A DNA stretch of 63,999 nt, the filler included, from Diploschistes diacapsis (Eukaryota), in the NCBI GenBank assembly GCA_023645945.1. It is 5 parts of 5 records of this genome, joined end to end, with 100 filler letters (N's around TTAATTAATTAA, not from the genome) between each part and the next. Parts side by side here need not be neighbours in the genome. Positions count along the whole stretch, not along the records: positions 52,709 to 63,999 come from JALAIB010000843.1; 4 more parts are not named here. One strand, 5' to 3'. Positions 62,452 to 63,999 of this stretch are shown one piece after another. Position 1 is the first letter of the stretch, and the number at the start of each line of letters is the position of its first letter. A program made the translations under genes and the position numbers. The notes under the pieces are model-generated. The model was not told the origin of the DNA. It searched no databases and saw nothing but the letters and a program-made list of their open reading frames with translations.

Positions 62452-63222
62452 CCGAGCGGTCGTTACTGATTATAGGGCTCACTCATATATTTTATATTTT
62501 ATATATTTTACGTGTTGTCTCTAGGGGCGATAAAGATAACGTTCAACAATCCAGGCAATACTCGATTACCCATTACAGGGTGGTAATGATAATCGAGTGC
62601 AGGAATTGATTGCTATTCGATTACCCGGCGATTACTCGATTACTAGAAGGTAATATTTTAAATATATAAATTGCGAATTAAAATTCTCCATAAACATATC
62701 TTACGGTACTCGAATAGCAATCGATTATCGTCCTTTTCTGTTACCACTAACTACTTAGGGAAATATCAACTATAGAGGTTCATCGGCGGAATATCGATGC
62801 CCCGCAGGGTGTGAGGAGGGCTCTGTAGGCGAAATGGCAGGTGTATAAAGCGCGGATTAGCCTCGGTGAGGGTGCCATTGGGGAGATCAACTATATCCCC
62901 TACTATTCGGCAGCTATTAGGCCTAATATTACCGAGTAATCTTTCCAAACATGGGACCGGTGCAATTGAGAGGTGCAATTGAGAACTCGACCACTCGAAA
63001 GAACGTGTGTTTCTTCCTCTTCAACTCAGTAACGGTTAAATGAAGTTTGCTGTGGGTTCCAAGACGCCTCCTAACAGCATCTCGCATTGCCATAAGATGA
63101 TGTGGAGAGTACTCTAACCATGCTTGACCACTGCAAGGACTTGAACTTGGGCTACCTATGGAAGCATTCTGATGCTTGCAGAGCCGCTGAACCCTCTTTA
63201 AACTTCGTAAGGAAGCGACCTG

Positions 63223-63999
63223 ATGGAGCGGACGAGTGAGGAAGGTCTAGTGAGGAGAACCACCGCAGATACGGTAGGCACGGCTGGTATAGAGATGAAC
63301 GACATGAGCTCGAAACACACCCACGAATCTTCAATGGGCTCGTCTCAAGACAAATCGACCACCGCCCTCCTCCCTACGACCGCGCCTAACGGAGCAGAAG
63401 AAACCACACTCGCTCCCCAGGCCGAGCCCACATACAAAGTCTACAAACGCCGATGGCTCGGTTTTGCCCAGCTCGTGCTCCTCAACATCATGGTCTCCTG
63501 GGGCTGGCTCTCCTACGCCCCCGTCGCCAACACCGCGGCCTCCTACTTCTCCACCACGCCCGCGGCCATCAACTGGCTGAATGTCGGCTTCTTCTTCGCC
63601 TTCGTCGTCATCTCCCCGCTGACCAACTACACCCTCGCTAAGTTCGGCCCCAGATCCTCCATCCTCGCCGCCGCCGCCTTCCTCATACTCGGCAACTGGA
63701 TCCGCTACGCCGGCACGCGCTCCACACCCCCATCCTACGCCGCCGTCATGGTCGGCCAGGTCCTCATCGGCTTCGCCCAGCCCTTCGTCCTCGCCGCACC
63801 AACGTCCTTCTCAGACCTCTGGTTCACCCCGCGCGGCCGCATCACCGCCACGGCCATCACGACGCTCGCGAACCCCCTGGGCGGTGCGCTCGGTGAGCTC
63901 ATCGACCCCTTCCTCGCCGTCAACCCGCCAGACATCGGGCCCATGACGCTCTACATCGCCATCATCACGACAGCCAGCTGCCTCCCCTCGCTCTTCGTC
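63223..63999 (+). CDS. MFS transporter, FLVCR/SLC49-like; runs off the window end
   Basis: Open frame from ATG 63223: YKVYKRRWLGFAQLVLLNIMVSWGWLSYAPV...INWL...GNWIRYAG...GQVLIGFAQPFVLAAPT.FSDLWF..RGR.TATA....ANPLGGALG. Missing from the ORF track because there is no stop in the window. Confidence 0.88.
   Translation, partial: MERTSEEGLVRRTTADTVGTAGIEMNDMSSKHTHESSMGSSQDKSTTALLPTTAPNGAEETTLAPQAEPTYKVYKRRWLGFAQLVLLNIMVSWGWLSYAPVANTAASYFSTTPAAINWLNVGFFFAFVVISPLTNYTLAKFGPRSSILAAAAFLILGNWIRYAGTRSTPPSYAAVMVGQVLIGFAQPFVLAAPTSFSDLWFTPRGRITATAITTLANPLGGALGELIDPFLAVNPPDIGPMTLYIAIITTASCLPSLFV

Overview
Filamentous ascomycete (Pezizomycotina) genomic DNA with many short spliceosomal introns. It is not one continuous locus. 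Four identical 100-bp artificial spacers (44 N + TTAATTAATTAA + 44 N) join five contigs of steadily decreasing length (>=13102, 13075, 13073, 13058 bp, then a partial one), so adjacency across spacers has no biological meaning. Contig 1: 3' end of an Inp1-like gene, CUE3/ASCC2, AMO1-type nucleoporin, DHH1, SMC6 and two nested Fot1/pogo-like transposon ends. Contig 2: a sorbitol/xylitol dehydrogenase with large loop insertions and, about 8 kb away and divergent, an Esc1/Hpa3-type bHLH gene preceded by 1457 nt with no sense-strand ATG. Contig 3: EMW1/TTC27, an enoyl-reductase-like MDR gene and three decayed genes. Contig 4: Mis6/CENP-I, RAI1, a small possible APC/C-subunit-like gene, GET4, MTO1 and a SEF1-like Zn2Cys6 factor. 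Contig 5: ZNG1/CobW GTPase, MOB3/phocein, DLT1, glycerol-3-phosphate acyltransferase and an FLVCR-like MFS transporter. Most content is conserved housekeeping and I see no clear new multi-gene system. The best leads are the ATG-free bHLH leader with overlapping non-AUG frames, GC-AG introns and micro-exons in RAI1 and ZNG1, the insertion-laden dehydrogenase and the pseudogene patch. All family assignments come from motif recognition, not database searches.
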